Shown: positions 49,847 to 59,561 of the stretch, piece by piece
Numbering within the stretch: the first letter of the stretch is position 1
Layout of the letters: every line of letters starts with the position of its first letter
Source: Bacillaceae bacterium
GTDB taxonomy: Bacteria > Bacillota > Bacilli > Bacillales > Cytobacillaceae
Direction: 5' to 3'
DNA length: 64,000 nt
Assembly: GCA_041640555.1 (NCBI GenBank)
Contig: JBEQAB010000016.1
Span: 1,224-65,223, forward strand
Notes under the pieces: generated by a model
Database searches by the model: none
What the model was told of the DNA's origin: nothing
Seen by the model: the letters and a program-made list of their open reading frames with translations, nothing else
Made by a program: the position numbers and the translations under genes

Positions 49847-51580
49847 TTATTGAAAAGAACGCCAAAAGTCTCCAGTCTCATTGATCACACTCTTTAGGTC
49901 TTGATAAGAGATTTTAAACTCTGGGAATCCTAGAGCATAGGCTGCGATTTCATAGGGTTGAAAATAGATGATTAGTGCCTCTTGTGTAACATAAAAAGGC
50001 TGGTTTTCTACTATTCCTTTATAATCTTCTTCGTTAATATAGGAATCCTCTTGTTGTTGGATTTGCTTCCTTATGATTTCACTTAGTACGTTTACATAAT
50101 TACTGTCATGCTTAAATAAATCCTTTAATGTATAAATTCGGCCCGTATTTAGATCAATGGGAATATTCATTTTTGATGGCATACCATGGGCTGCACCAAA
50201 GGGATACTCGTACCCTGTCAATTCCAAGACGAGTAAATGTTTCTTATAAAATTGGACATTAAAATCGCCAGAATAACTATAGTATAACGGCTCGTTTTCA
50301 GGTAATTTCTTCACTCTTGATGTTACTCTTAACACTTGGTTTACTTTGGACTGTGCTTCTTTATCCGTCATACCAACAATTTGTGGATAATAGACTAAAA
50401 AATCTTTAGAGGGTCTATACTTTCCTTCATGAATATAAAGCGAGCCATTTAAGGGAAGAATGGAGTTTTGTGCCCAAATGAGATGGCCATTTCGATTAAA
50501 ATATGAATATCGTTCATCAACAAAGGCTTGAATCAATTGGTCTTTCAAACTAAGTGTTCCTACTCCATGAATTACAGGGAGATTCCAAGCTCGTCTTCCG
50601 TTTATATTGATAAAATAAGAGACTATTCCTTTTGTAGCGCTACTATATTGTCGTTCAAATTCATTCATACTGTCATAAATAAAATCCGTCAAGAATACAC
50701 CCGTAATCGTATTCGCAAGTGCGAAAATCGTGCCAGCCTGAGGATACTCCGGGTCAATCGCTTTGGCTACAGAAGCCCTCTCTTCCCCTAGTAGTTGAAT
50801 ATCATGGTATTTGGGTTCAATAATATAAACTCCTGTTTTATCAATAAGCCCATATTGATTTTTATAATCCTCTGAGACATTAACAATCGCTCTTCCACTC
50901 TCAAAGGGACCAGCATACGAAAAGCGTGGAGGGATGATGACCTTCCCTGCTTCATTTATATACCCAGCTTTATCTTGAGCTTTTTTCCTAAAGGAAATCA
51001 AGCCTTCACTTAACGGACCCATTTGTTCATAAGAATAGGTAGTAAGGATCTCACCTTCCAGCCCAATAATTGCAGATGTACCGTCCTTCATTCCTACTAC
51101 TGCTTTACCTTCATGATAATCATGTGCGTAGGTATATTGAGGAGGAATGATTATGTTCCCACTAGAATCTAGATAGCCATAAAGAAATTCCGTTCTATTT
51201 ACAAATTCCTGAATAACAGCTCGTTGTTCCTGAAAATCACCAATATACGAAAACGGATAGGGCTTGTCATTGAGAATTTCTCCTTTCTCATTAATCACGC
51301 TATATCCCTTTTCATCCTCAAATACAAATGCACGACCTTCAGAAAAGGGATAAATGGAATGATAAATGGGACGAACGACAAACTTGCCCTTTTGGTCGAT
51401 TATACCTGCACGACCGTTTAGCCATACGATTGCCAGCCCGTTCGGTTGGAATTCATTTACTTCCTCATATTGAGGAGGGATAACAAATTGTCCTATATTA
51501 TTGATATATCCCCATTGAATCCCCTCTATGGTTCTAATCGAAGCTGGAAATAACTCATACACGACACGGTGATTTTCCAT
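49847..51580 (-). CDS. WG-repeat protein with DUF3298/RsiV-like C-terminal domain
   Basis: 577 aa from ATG 51580. Repeated WGYIN/GYIN...G..VI.P.Y units, with a C-terminal region resembling PdaC/RsiV-type domains. Confidence 0.6.
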   Translation of the reverse strand: MENHRVVYELFPASIRTIEGIQWGYINNIGQFVIPPQYEEVNEFQPNGLAIVWLNGRAGIIDQKGKFVVRPIYHSIYPFSEGRAFVFEDEKGYSVINEKGEILNDKPYPFSYIGDFQEQRAVIQEFVNRTEFLYGYLDSSGNIIIPPQYTYAHDYHEGKAVVGMKDGTSAIIGLEGEILTTYSYEQMGPLSEGLISFRKKAQDKAGYINEAGKVIIPPRFSYAGPFESGRAIVNVSEDYKNQYGLIDKTGVYIIEPKYHDIQLLGEERASVAKAIDPEYPQAGTIFALANTITGVFLTDFIYDSMNEFERQYSSATKGIVSYFININGRRAWNLPVIHGVGTLSLKDQLIQAFVDERYSYFNRNGHLIWAQNSILPLNGSLYIHEGKYRPSKDFLVYYPQIVGMTDKEAQSKVNQVLRVTSRVKKLPENEPLYYSYSGDFNVQFYKKHLLVLELTGYEYPFGAAHGMPSKMNIPIDLNTGRIYTLKDLFKHDSNYVNVLSEIIRKQIQQQEDSYINEEDYKGIVENQPFYVTQEALIIYFQPYEIAAYALGFPEFKISYQDLKSVINETGDFWRSFQ

Positions 51581-51802
51581 GTATCTCTCACTCCATATGA
51601 ACATTTTTCAATAGCATATGGGGCGTTTCTATAATTGCTCTTATCTAAGGATGAAAAAATTCTGATTGGCTGTTAAAAAGGAAAACTTTTTATTTAGATT
51701 TTTACATTAAGCATTTACCCTACAAAGTATTACACCTAACAACCCTCACGTGCATAACATGCCTAGAGATTTATGTTTAAAATACAGAGGTGAGAAAAAT
51801 TT

Positions 51803-52450
51803 ATGGTTTCATATATGGATTATACATCTCCAACCACTCAATTCACTTTTGATGTTAATACAAGTCCCTTATTCATTAAAGATAACAAAAACTATATTAA
51901 TGTTTTAGGTATTAAACAGTTGAATACACTTGAAAATGTGTCTCTCTTAGATATTTTCCTTAGCACGAATAATATAGTAGAACCGCATTATCACCAAAAT
52001 GCAGCCGAACTTGTATACTGTATATCTGGTTCTGCTACAGTATCGATACTAAATCCTTTTACAAAACAAATCCTAAATTACACTATTACACCTGGACAAG
52101 TGGCAAATGTTCCACAAGGATGGTGGCATTATGAAATAGCATTAGTTGATAACACCCATCTTTTGGCTATTTTTAATGCGCCTACTCCAGAAGTTATTTT
52201 AGGTTCTGATATATTGAAATTTACTCCTGCAAAAATCATGGCTCATACCTATTGTCTTAATGAAAATCAATGGAAACAAACCGTTTCATCTGTTAAACCA
52301 TCAACATATATAGGTCCATACCAGGATTGTAATAGATCAACGGATCATAGACCTTATCAACATATCAATCAACCGCATGAACCATCCCGATATATTCGGC
52401 AATATCCACAGCCACTATATGGTCACCATTATCAGCAATATTGGGGCTAA
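51803..52450 (+). CDS. cupin-domain protein with His/Tyr/Pro/Gln-rich tail (spore-coat-like)
   Basis: 215 aa. Cupin motif EPHYHQNAAELVYCISG...GWWHY; tail HRPYQHINQPHEPSRYIRQYPQPLYGHHYQQYWG. Confidence 0.6.
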   Translation: MVSYMDYTSPTTQFTFDVNTSPLFIKDNKNYINVLGIKQLNTLENVSLLDIFLSTNNIVEPHYHQNAAELVYCISGSATVSILNPFTKQILNYTITPGQVANVPQGWWHYEIALVDNTHLLAIFNAPTPEVILGSDILKFTPAKIMAHTYCLNENQWKQTVSSVKPSTYIGPYQDCNRSTDHRPYQHINQPHEPSRYIRQYPQPLYGHHYQQYWG

Positions 52451-52694
52451 CAGATGTATATAGAAGCAATTATAGACAAGGGAAACGAAGTTTTTTCATT
52501 TTAAAAATAAGGCTCTTTTCTTAAACTTTATTGCTTTTTCGAACATAATTTTATTGATTATGCTAAGTTTCAGCAGATATATCATAAATTTAATAAGAAA
52601 AGAGCTTGCAAACTATATTCTAAAGCGCAAAATAGCTATTTCTACGTTAAAATCAGCTTTAAGATTTTAACAACAATCTTTACGAAAATAGCTA

Positions 52695-52730
52695 AAAATA
52701 AAAATAGACCTATTCACATCGAATAGGCCT
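52695..52730 (-). terminator. terminator of the S-box-controlled ABC operon
   Basis: AGGCCTATTC-gatgt-GAATAGGTCT then a T-rich run on minus strand. Confidence 0.8.
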
Positions 52731-52738
52731 CCCACTAT

Positions 52739-53740
52739 TTACTTCTGTTTATAATATGTGATGGCCAACGCAAATGCTAAAACCGTTCCCTTTACGATGT
52801 CCATTGCGTAATAGGGAACAGACATCATGACGAGTCCGTTTGCTAAAATCCCGATCAACACCGCACCAACGAAGGTTCCGAATGCATTGGGCTTACCGGC
52901 ACCTAAAACGGAAAATCCGATAAATGCAGCTGCTACAGAATCCATTAGGTAAGGTGCACCTGAGTTGATTTCAGATGTCATTACCCGTGAAGCTAAAACA
53001 ATTCCGCCAATTGCGGCAAAGAGTGCAGAAAGCAGGTAGGCAGCCACTTTGTATTTATTAACCGGAATACCTGATAGTCTTGCTGCTTCCTTATTTCCCC
53101 CGATCACATACATGTATCTTCCATGTTTCGTATACGTTAAAAAGATATGAACCACAACAACGACAACAACCATGATGACAATAATCCATGGCACCTGGCC
53201 GATTTTCGAAAAAAACGGACTAATTAGGCCTTCTGCCATCGTTCCATCAGGCAACACCATGTTTTGTGAAACAGTTGCTCCCTTTGTATAGGTCAATGCC
53301 GTTCCTTGAATAATGAACATGGTTGCAAGGGTCATTAACATATCAGGAATCCGCATTTTTACAATCATAATAGAATTCAATATCCCTACAATTAATGCTG
53401 CGGCAATTGCCGAAATAATGGCTACAAAGGTATTTTGCGAAAACCAAACGAACATAGAAATCACGATTGCATTAGATAAGGAGGCCACCGATCCAACGGA
53501 AAGATCAAAGCCATCAACCGTTAAACTGATAGTAATCCCGATTGCAATGATAGTTACAATTGAAATGGAACGCAGGATATTTATAATATTATTTCCCTGT
53601 ATAAATGCAGGATTGGCCAGTGAAAATATGATCACGAGTGCAATGATCGTAATAATTGTTCCATATTTATAAAAAAATTGGAATAGATCAAATGACGTTT
53701 TTGCCGGGGTCTGTTTCTTTGCTGTTATGTTTGCCTCCAT
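52739..53740 (-). CDS. ribose-type (RbsC-like) ABC transporter permease
   Basis: 333 aa from ATG 53740; BPD_transp_2-type multi-TM protein. Confidence 0.8.
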   Translation of the reverse strand: MEANITAKKQTPAKTSFDLFQFFYKYGTIITIIALVIIFSLANPAFIQGNNIINILRSISIVTIIAIGITISLTVDGFDLSVGSVASLSNAIVISMFVWFSQNTFVAIISAIAAALIVGILNSIMIVKMRIPDMLMTLATMFIIQGTALTYTKGATVSQNMVLPDGTMAEGLISPFFSKIGQVPWIIVIMVVVVVVVHIFLTYTKHGRYMYVIGGNKEAARLSGIPVNKYKVAAYLLSALFAAIGGIVLASRVMTSEINSGAPYLMDSVAAAFIGFSVLGAGKPNAFGTFVGAVLIGILANGLVMMSVPYYAMDIVKGTVLAFALAITYYKQK

Positions 53741-53741
53741 C

Positions 53742-55244
53742 TTACCTGCCCCCTGTTGAATAGAATAATAGTTCTTCCTCATTAGTTGATTTTGTTTCTA
53801 GTTCCTTAACTGACTTTCCATCATAAAGGACATAGACTCGATTCGTAATTCCCATGATCTCTGATAGTTCAGATGATGCATAAATAATAGCCTTTCCTCG
53901 ACTTGCCAGCTCGACAATAAGATTAAAAATGTCCTTTTTTGCTCCAACGTCTACACCTTTGGTCGGCTCATCAAAAATATAGACATCAGCATCGGCTACG
54001 AGCCACTTGCCAATGGCAATCTTTTGTTGATTACCACCAGAAAGATTTTGAACTTTTGTTTCTTCAGAAGGTGTCTTTATTCCAAGACGATTGATCATTG
54101 CCTTTGCAACTAACTTTTCTTTTTTCCTATCCAAGAAACTAAAATCTTTTGAAAAATGCCTTAAATTCACAACAGTTAAATTTGATTCCACCGACGCATT
54201 TACAAGAATCCCTTCTTTTCGGCGCTCTTCAGGGACCAAGGCCAGTCCATTCTTAACCGCTTCATACGGATTTTTAACATTAACTCTTTTTCCGTTAACC
54301 TTGACTTCTCCTGCCACTAATTTGCCTTCAGCCCCGAACAAAGCTTTACAGAACTCGGTCTTACCGGCACCTACAAGTCCGGCAATTCCCACAATCTCCC
54401 CAGCCTTGACGTTCATGCTAAAATCTTTAATCTTATCTCTATCTGTAAGTCCTTTTACCTCAAGGAATGTGTCCCCTATGGTCATGAATTTATCAGGAAA
54501 CTGTTCCCCGAGTTTTTGACCAAGCATATGCTCCACTACTTTGTTTTGGTTGGTATCCGAAATCCTCTGTCTCTCGACTACTTCCCCATTTCTCATAATC
54601 GTAATATCATCACAAATCTCAAAGATCTCTGGAAGTCGATGTGAGATGAAAATAACTCCAACATCACGGTTCTTTAATTCTTGTACGATACGAAATAACT
54701 CATTTGTCTCCGTATGACTAAGAGGGGCTGTCGGCTCATCTAAGATGAGAAATCTACATTCTTTTGACACTGCTCTGGCGATTAAGACCATTTGTTTTTC
54801 TGCCAATGTTAATTCACTTACTAGTTTTTTAGTTGGAAGAGACAAGTTCATTTCCGATAGGATGGTGGCTGCTTTCACATGCAGGCTTTTCCAATTGACC
54901 CATTGCTTCTTTCCCATGTTATGGACCGTGTCCATTAGCATGATATTTTCAGCAACCGTTAAATAGGGGATTAGAGCTGTATCCACTTCCTGATATACAA
55001 TTTGAATTCCTGAATCCATGGCACTCTTAGGAGTACGAATGGTCAAAGTTTGTCCATTCATTGAGATTTCACCAGTATAGTGATCATATGCCCCTGAAAG
55101 AACCTTCATCAGTGTTGACTTTCCAGCACCATTGGCTCCAATTAAGGCATGAGTTTTCCCGCTTTCAACCGAAAAATCCACCCTATTTAATGCTTTTACA
55201 CCCGGAAATTCAATTGAGACATTCTTCATCTCTAAAGTGGTCAT
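53742..55244 (-). CDS. sugar ABC transporter ATP-binding protein, duplicated ATPase (RbsA-like)
   Basis: 500 aa. Walker A GANGAGKST, LSGGNQQK signature, two NBD halves. Confidence 0.85.
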   Translation of the reverse strand: MTTLEMKNVSIEFPGVKALNRVDFSVESGKTHALIGANGAGKSTLMKVLSGAYDHYTGEISMNGQTLTIRTPKSAMDSGIQIVYQEVDTALIPYLTVAENIMLMDTVHNMGKKQWVNWKSLHVKAATILSEMNLSLPTKKLVSELTLAEKQMVLIARAVSKECRFLILDEPTAPLSHTETNELFRIVQELKNRDVGVIFISHRLPEIFEICDDITIMRNGEVVERQRISDTNQNKVVEHMLGQKLGEQFPDKFMTIGDTFLEVKGLTDRDKIKDFSMNVKAGEIVGIAGLVGAGKTEFCKALFGAEGKLVAGEVKVNGKRVNVKNPYEAVKNGLALVPEERRKEGILVNASVESNLTVVNLRHFSKDFSFLDRKKEKLVAKAMINRLGIKTPSEETKVQNLSGGNQQKIAIGKWLVADADVYIFDEPTKGVDVGAKKDIFNLIVELASRGKAIIYASSELSEIMGITNRVYVLYDGKSVKELETKSTNEEELLFYSTGGR

Positions 55245-55314
55245 GATGTCACCGTCCTTTCAAAGAAACACTCTCTTTATCTAGTGAAAAAGAGAGTGTC
55301 TATCATTAAGTCCC

Positions 55315-56427
55315 TTACTTCTTATAGTGTTCCCTTAGCGTCTTCATCCAGTCTTCTTCAAATTCTGTTGATTGGCCCCAACCTTCAATGATTTCAGTTA
55401 AATTGACCATATTAACAGGATCTTTTGACTTTTGAAGGTCTTCTTGAGAGATTAATGAAGCTTCCAAATCATACGTTTGTGGTGTTTCCTCGCCTGCTAA
55501 TTTCTTTGCTAGTATTCTCATATTTACTGAACCAATCAACTTAGGATCAACAGCTGCCGTATATCTCCAAGCGCTGCCATCTCTTTGGATTTCCTGCAAA
55601 TCAGCATTTGAAACATCGATTCCGTATATTTTCACTTCTTCTCTGCCAGCTTCTTTTAACGCACGAGCCGCACCGATAGCAAAAGCATCCCAAGTGGCAA
55701 AAATCGCATCAAGTTCACCCTTAGGGTATTTATTCAACATTGCAGCAACCGCATTTTGGGTTTGAACACTAGTATCAGCTGCTGCTACCCCAAAGCGCTC
55801 CACTTCTTTAATTCCAGGATTATTCGCTAATACCTCTTCATACACTTTATTTCTTCTAACCATTGGCGGGAATCCGTCCACCCATAGGTATGCGATATTG
55901 GCTTCCCCTTTTGTTTCCTTTACTAGTTGCTTCAATGATAGAGTAGCTAACGCTTCATCATCTTGAGAAACAAGTGTTACACCGTTTACATTCGTTAAAT
56001 TTGCATTCGAGTCAAATGCGACAACGCTTTTTCCTGCATCAACAATTTTCTTTATGTCATTAACGGTAGCATCATCATCACCGTGAGAAATAATAAATCC
56101 ATCATAATCTTGATTTAAAGCTTGATTAATCGCATCATGAAATTTCGCTGTATCTCCATTTGCCGTAAATAGATCCACTTGGAATCCTAATGCTTCACCT
56201 TCTTGCTTTGCACCTGCTAAAAATTGGGCTGTGTGATCGTCCCCACCAATTTTACGAATAACTTTGATTTTTGGTTGGTCTCCATTTGCAAAGCGCTCAG
56301 GTACACCTTCAATCGGTGTGTTCGATCCTGTTGCTTCCTTTGTTTCTCCCCCTGTTGCACAGCCTGTAAGCAAAAGTGTTGCAGCGATCGCTGATACAAA
56401 TGCACTTCTTAAAAAGTTTCTCTTCAT
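55315..56427 (-). CDS. sugar-binding lipoprotein (RbsB/LacI-fold periplasmic binding protein)
   Basis: 370 aa, lipobox LLLTGC, Peripla_BP-type sequence. Confidence 0.8.
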   Translation of the reverse strand: MKRNFLRSAFVSAIAATLLLTGCATGGETKEATGSNTPIEGVPERFANGDQPKIKVIRKIGGDDHTAQFLAGAKQEGEALGFQVDLFTANGDTAKFHDAINQALNQDYDGFIISHGDDDATVNDIKKIVDAGKSVVAFDSNANLTNVNGVTLVSQDDEALATLSLKQLVKETKGEANIAYLWVDGFPPMVRRNKVYEEVLANNPGIKEVERFGVAAADTSVQTQNAVAAMLNKYPKGELDAIFATWDAFAIGAARALKEAGREEVKIYGIDVSNADLQEIQRDGSAWRYTAAVDPKLIGSVNMRILAKKLAGEETPQTYDLEASLISQEDLQKSKDPVNMVNLTEIIEGWGQSTEFEEDWMKTLREHYKK

Positions 56428-56494
56428 GATTTTTTCTCCCCTTTTTGTTTTTTATGTCTTCTTACCAACGTTGCTCTTAGGAGAGTTTTTAAAA

Positions 56495-56660
56495 TATAAA
56501 AAACCTCTCCAGAAAAGAGAGGTTTCATCACAAAAGAAGGACTACTCCTCTCTTATCTCTCAAAACAAAATCTTGTTTTGCAGGATTTAGCACCAATTCC
56601 ATTTTGGAACGGTTGCTGGGCGTCATAGGGCCAGTCCCTCTGCCACTCTTGATAAGAGAA
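56495..56660 (-). promoter_or_regulatory. SAM-I (S-box) riboswitch with terminator
   Basis: Minus strand CTCTTATCAAGAGTGGCAGAGGGACTGGCCCTATGACGCCCAGCAACC...GGTGCTAAATCCTGCAAAAC...GAGAGATAAGAG. It is followed by the AAACCTCTC-ttttctg-GAGAGGTTT hairpin and T6. Confidence 0.9.
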
Positions 56661-57004
56661 CGTATTTTATTCATTTACTTTAATAAAGTATAAAACTTAA
56701 TTTAATATTCTATTAACAAATTGTCAATAGTATTTTCTAAATATTTTAAATAGAGTTATTATAAAAAACTAAACTAGTTATAACTTCTACCCATGTATTA
56801 AGTTCATCTAAAGTTTCATACTTTACTATAATAAAGAATCTCACCGCCTACGACGAATGGGTGAACTTTAGCTAATTGAAGGTTTTAATTAACACAAACG
56901 TAATTAGGTGAATTCGTTATTATGTGATACACTTTATTTACCATTTGATTTACTTGCTTACATTGTGCCCTGCTCATTCAGTGAGTGGGGATCCTTGTAT
57001 TTAA

Positions 57005-57034
57005 AAGAAAAAACAGACTCTAAAAAGAGCCTGC
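57005..57034 (-). terminator. terminator after csp
   Basis: CAGGCTCT-ttttt-AGAGTCTG then T6 on minus strand. Confidence 0.7.
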
Positions 57035-57051
57035 TTGGTTTGTTTTTATTT

Positions 57052-57252
57052 TTAAGCTTTACGTACGTTAGCTGCTTGAGCTCCACGTTGACCTTGCTCA
57101 ACGTCAAAAGTAACTGCTTGACCTTCATCTAAAGATTTAAAACCTTCGCCTTGGATAGCTGAGAAATGAACGAATACGTCTTCTCCGGCTTCACGCTCGA
57201 TAAATCCGAAACCTTTTTCTGCGTTAAACCATTTTACTTTACCTTGTTCCAT
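57052..57252 (-). CDS. cold-shock protein (CspA family)
   Basis: 66 aa [19 protein letters not shown]...VFVHFSAI (RNP1/RNP2 motifs); AGGAGG RBS; the ORF-track N-extension is unsupported. Confidence 0.95.
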   Translation of the reverse strand: MEQGKVKWFNAEKGFGFIEREAGEDVFVHFSAIQGEGFKSLDEGQAVTFDVEQGQRGAQAANVRKA

Positions 57253-57493
57253 TTTGTTTCCTCCTGCTGTGTGCTTTGCACACAATGTATTACTATCCTT
57301 GGACTCAGTGATCATCAAGACGAAAAGTTAATCTTATACTATCCTTTACACCGAACAAAAATAATTCTACTAAAGTTTAACATTTTTTATAAGAATTTGC
57401 AAGAAGACTTATATCAATGCCCCCTTTAGTTTAACAGCTCATCGCCTTTTATTAAGTCCTTATTAAGTTAAACTTCTTTTTTCAGTAAACTTC

Positions 57494-57529
57494 AAAAAAA
57501 GAGTGTCAATCCTTCTTGGATCAACACCC
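57494..57529 (-). terminator. rho-independent terminator (strand-specific, G:U pairs)
   Basis: GGGTGTTGATCC-aagaa-GGATTGACACTC then T7 on minus strand. Confidence 0.7.
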
Positions 57530-57545
57530 CGATTCGAAGCTATTT

Positions 57546-58253
57546 TTAACATCTTACATATTTACGTTTGAAACCAAGTTTCCCTCTATCCAATTCTTTT
57601 TCAATACTTTCGTAAGCGTTTAGGAAACTGCTTTTTTTATTGTCTCGTTTGACTTCTACGATTCCTATTTCCTTTGAGACCTCGACTGCCTTTTCATGTT
57701 GCGGCAAATAGGAAATGGCCACGGTGTATACGAAATTATTCATTGCAGATTTTGTTCGTTCCGGCGAATCATGAATCGAATGTTTCACCATATCAAGCAT
57801 ATTGGAAATCTTGCTTTCGGAAAACTCCGTGTCTTTGCGATTCCCTAAAAGCCAGCAGTAACAACTCCATCCGGCGGACATTCTCAATTCGTCACCACTT
57901 GCAATCCATTTATCAGCAACGTCTTGTGCAATATTCGACTCTGATAAAGTGACTGCCACAACATAATCGGACAGCATATAAAAATATGCTCCATCAATCC
58001 AACGATCATAATCTGCTTCAGTCATAGCTTTAGGGTCAGCAATAATGCCTGCAAAATACATGGCATCGTAATTACCGGTGGCATAAAGCTCATCAGCTAA
58101 ATCTTGGTTGATTTTTATTTTCTTTGCAATTGGTTTCATAGCCCCTGTTGCCACGCCAAAAAGTGGCTCGTGCGCACCATTGGATATGTACATTTTTTTC
58201 ATTCGTTCCTTGCCTAGGGCTTCAAGCTCTTGCATCACTGTTTCACTATCCAT
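57546..58253 (-). CDS. DNA alkylation repair protein (HEAT-like repeat, AlkD/AlkC superfamily)
   Basis: 235 aa; sequence pattern typical of the DNA_alkylation family. Confidence 0.65.
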   Translation of the reverse strand: MDSETVMQELEALGKERMKKMYISNGAHEPLFGVATGAMKPIAKKIKINQDLADELYATGNYDAMYFAGIIADPKAMTEADYDRWIDGAYFYMLSDYVVAVTLSESNIAQDVADKWIASGDELRMSAGWSCYCWLLGNRKDTEFSESKISNMLDMVKHSIHDSPERTKSAMNNFVYTVAISYLPQHEKAVEVSKEIGIVEVKRDNKKSSFLNAYESIEKELDRGKLGFKRKYVRC

Positions 58254-58290
58254 AGCTTTGAACTTCCTTCCTTACTTATATCATTATTTA

Positions 58291-58944
58291 TTATCGAATG
58301 TTCTTGTGCGAGCCATCACAGGAGGGCATTTTTTTAGAAAGTCCACAAGTGCAATCCTTTAATCCCTTTCCACTGAGAATTCTCTCCATACAATTTTCAA
58401 CTCTTGACACTCGAGTTTTGGATTGTTTAGGCTGAGAAAAATAAAGAATATATGCCCTTTGCCGTCCCGGCGTCAATGCTTCAAAAGCAGCTTTTAAGTC
58501 TGGTGATTCATCGAATTTTTCTTGAAGTTCTTCTGGAATAATGAATTCTGTATCCTTTTTTAAAGTTACTTCTAAACCGGCTTTTTCAACTTCAATGGCT
58601 TCAAGAATGTATTCTTTCAAAATAGGTTCTAGGTCAAGTATTTCTTGAAGATGAGTGAACCGAATCTGGCGTGCCGCCTGTACATTCTCGGTTTGTTGGA
58701 CAAGAATCCCATGGGGATCCTTTAATAAGGCACCTTTGTGAAACAGAAGTGCACAATATTCTTTAAATCCATGTATTAATACGACATTTTTCTTCTCAAA
58801 CGTGTAACAAGGATGCATCCATTTATACTCTTCGGTCAGATCACAGTCAAGAACAATATGTCTCAACCTCTCAGATTCTTCCCTCCATTTTTTAGCTTTA
58901 CTTAAATAATCATCAACCTTAGGATTCAGACCACCAACTGCCAT
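58291..58944 (-). CDS. DUF1801/YdeI-family protein fused to a C-terminal CDGSH iron-sulfur motif
   Basis: 217 aa from ATG 58944. The last 20 aa, CTCGLSKKMPSCDGSHKN, match C-X-C-X2-S-X3-P-X-CDGSH exactly. Confidence 0.7.
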   Translation of the reverse strand: MAVGGLNPKVDDYLSKAKKWREESERLRHIVLDCDLTEEYKWMHPCYTFEKKNVVLIHGFKEYCALLFHKGALLKDPHGILVQQTENVQAARQIRFTHLQEILDLEPILKEYILEAIEVEKAGLEVTLKKDTEFIIPEELQEKFDESPDLKAAFEALTPGRQRAYILYFSQPKQSKTRVSRVENCMERILSGKGLKDCTCGLSKKMPSCDGSHKNIR

Positions 58945-58973
58945 GTTGTTCCCTCCCAATAATAAAAATTACT

Positions 58974-59372
58974 TCACGAAGGAAGATTTAGTTGCCATGA
59001 CACACCAAATCGATCATTTAGCCAACCAAACTTTTGACTAAAACCATAGTCACCGATTGGCATAAGTGCTTGTCCGCCCTCGATTAGTTTCTGATAAACG
59101 TTGTTAATTTCTTCTTCAGTCTCACATGTAACAAAAATTGAGAAGGATGGAGTAAATGTAAACTGATGCTTTAAATTACTATCTATACACATAAATTCTT
59201 GCCCTTTTAAAGAAAAAGTGGCCTGCATTACCGTTCCTTCATCTCCAGATTCATTCGCTCCATAACGAACAATACTTGTAATTTCTGAATCCTCAATAAT
59301 AGATATGTAATAATTCATTGCTTCTTCTGCTTTGCCATCTTGAAACATTAAGAATGGTGTAACTTTTCCCAT
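58974..59372 (-). CDS. VOC-superfamily protein (PhnB / 3-demethylubiquinone-9 methyltransferase-like fold)
   Basis: 132 aa from ATG 59372; VTPFLMF...GKAEEAMNYY...DRFGVSWQL pattern. Confidence 0.7.
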   Translation of the reverse strand: MGKVTPFLMFQDGKAEEAMNYYISIIEDSEITSIVRYGANESGDEGTVMQATFSLKGQEFMCIDSNLKHQFTFTPSFSIFVTCETEEEINNVYQKLIEGGQALMPIGDYGFSQKFGWLNDRFGVSWQLNLPS

Positions 59373-59509
59373 TACGATCAACTCCTTAAGTTAGTAGCGC
59401 TACTTTATCTATTTATTACATTCCTATAATTACAATATAAAAAAAGAGAGGAAATTTCACTAGTGTGAGTGATTTATTTTTCTATCTCTTCCAAATCAGT
59501 ATGAACGGC

Positions 59510-59541
59510 AAAAAAAAGGATGATACCCGAAAGATATCATC
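59510..59541 (-). terminator. rho-independent terminator
   Basis: GATGATA-tctttcggg-TATCATC then CT8 on minus strand. Confidence 0.65.
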
Positions 59542-59561
59542 ACATGGTATTCACTACAATA

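Noticed and set aside
56908-57132. 74-aa + strand ORF
   Set aside because: It runs antisense into the cold-shock gene and its terminator. It is AT-rich with no RBS.
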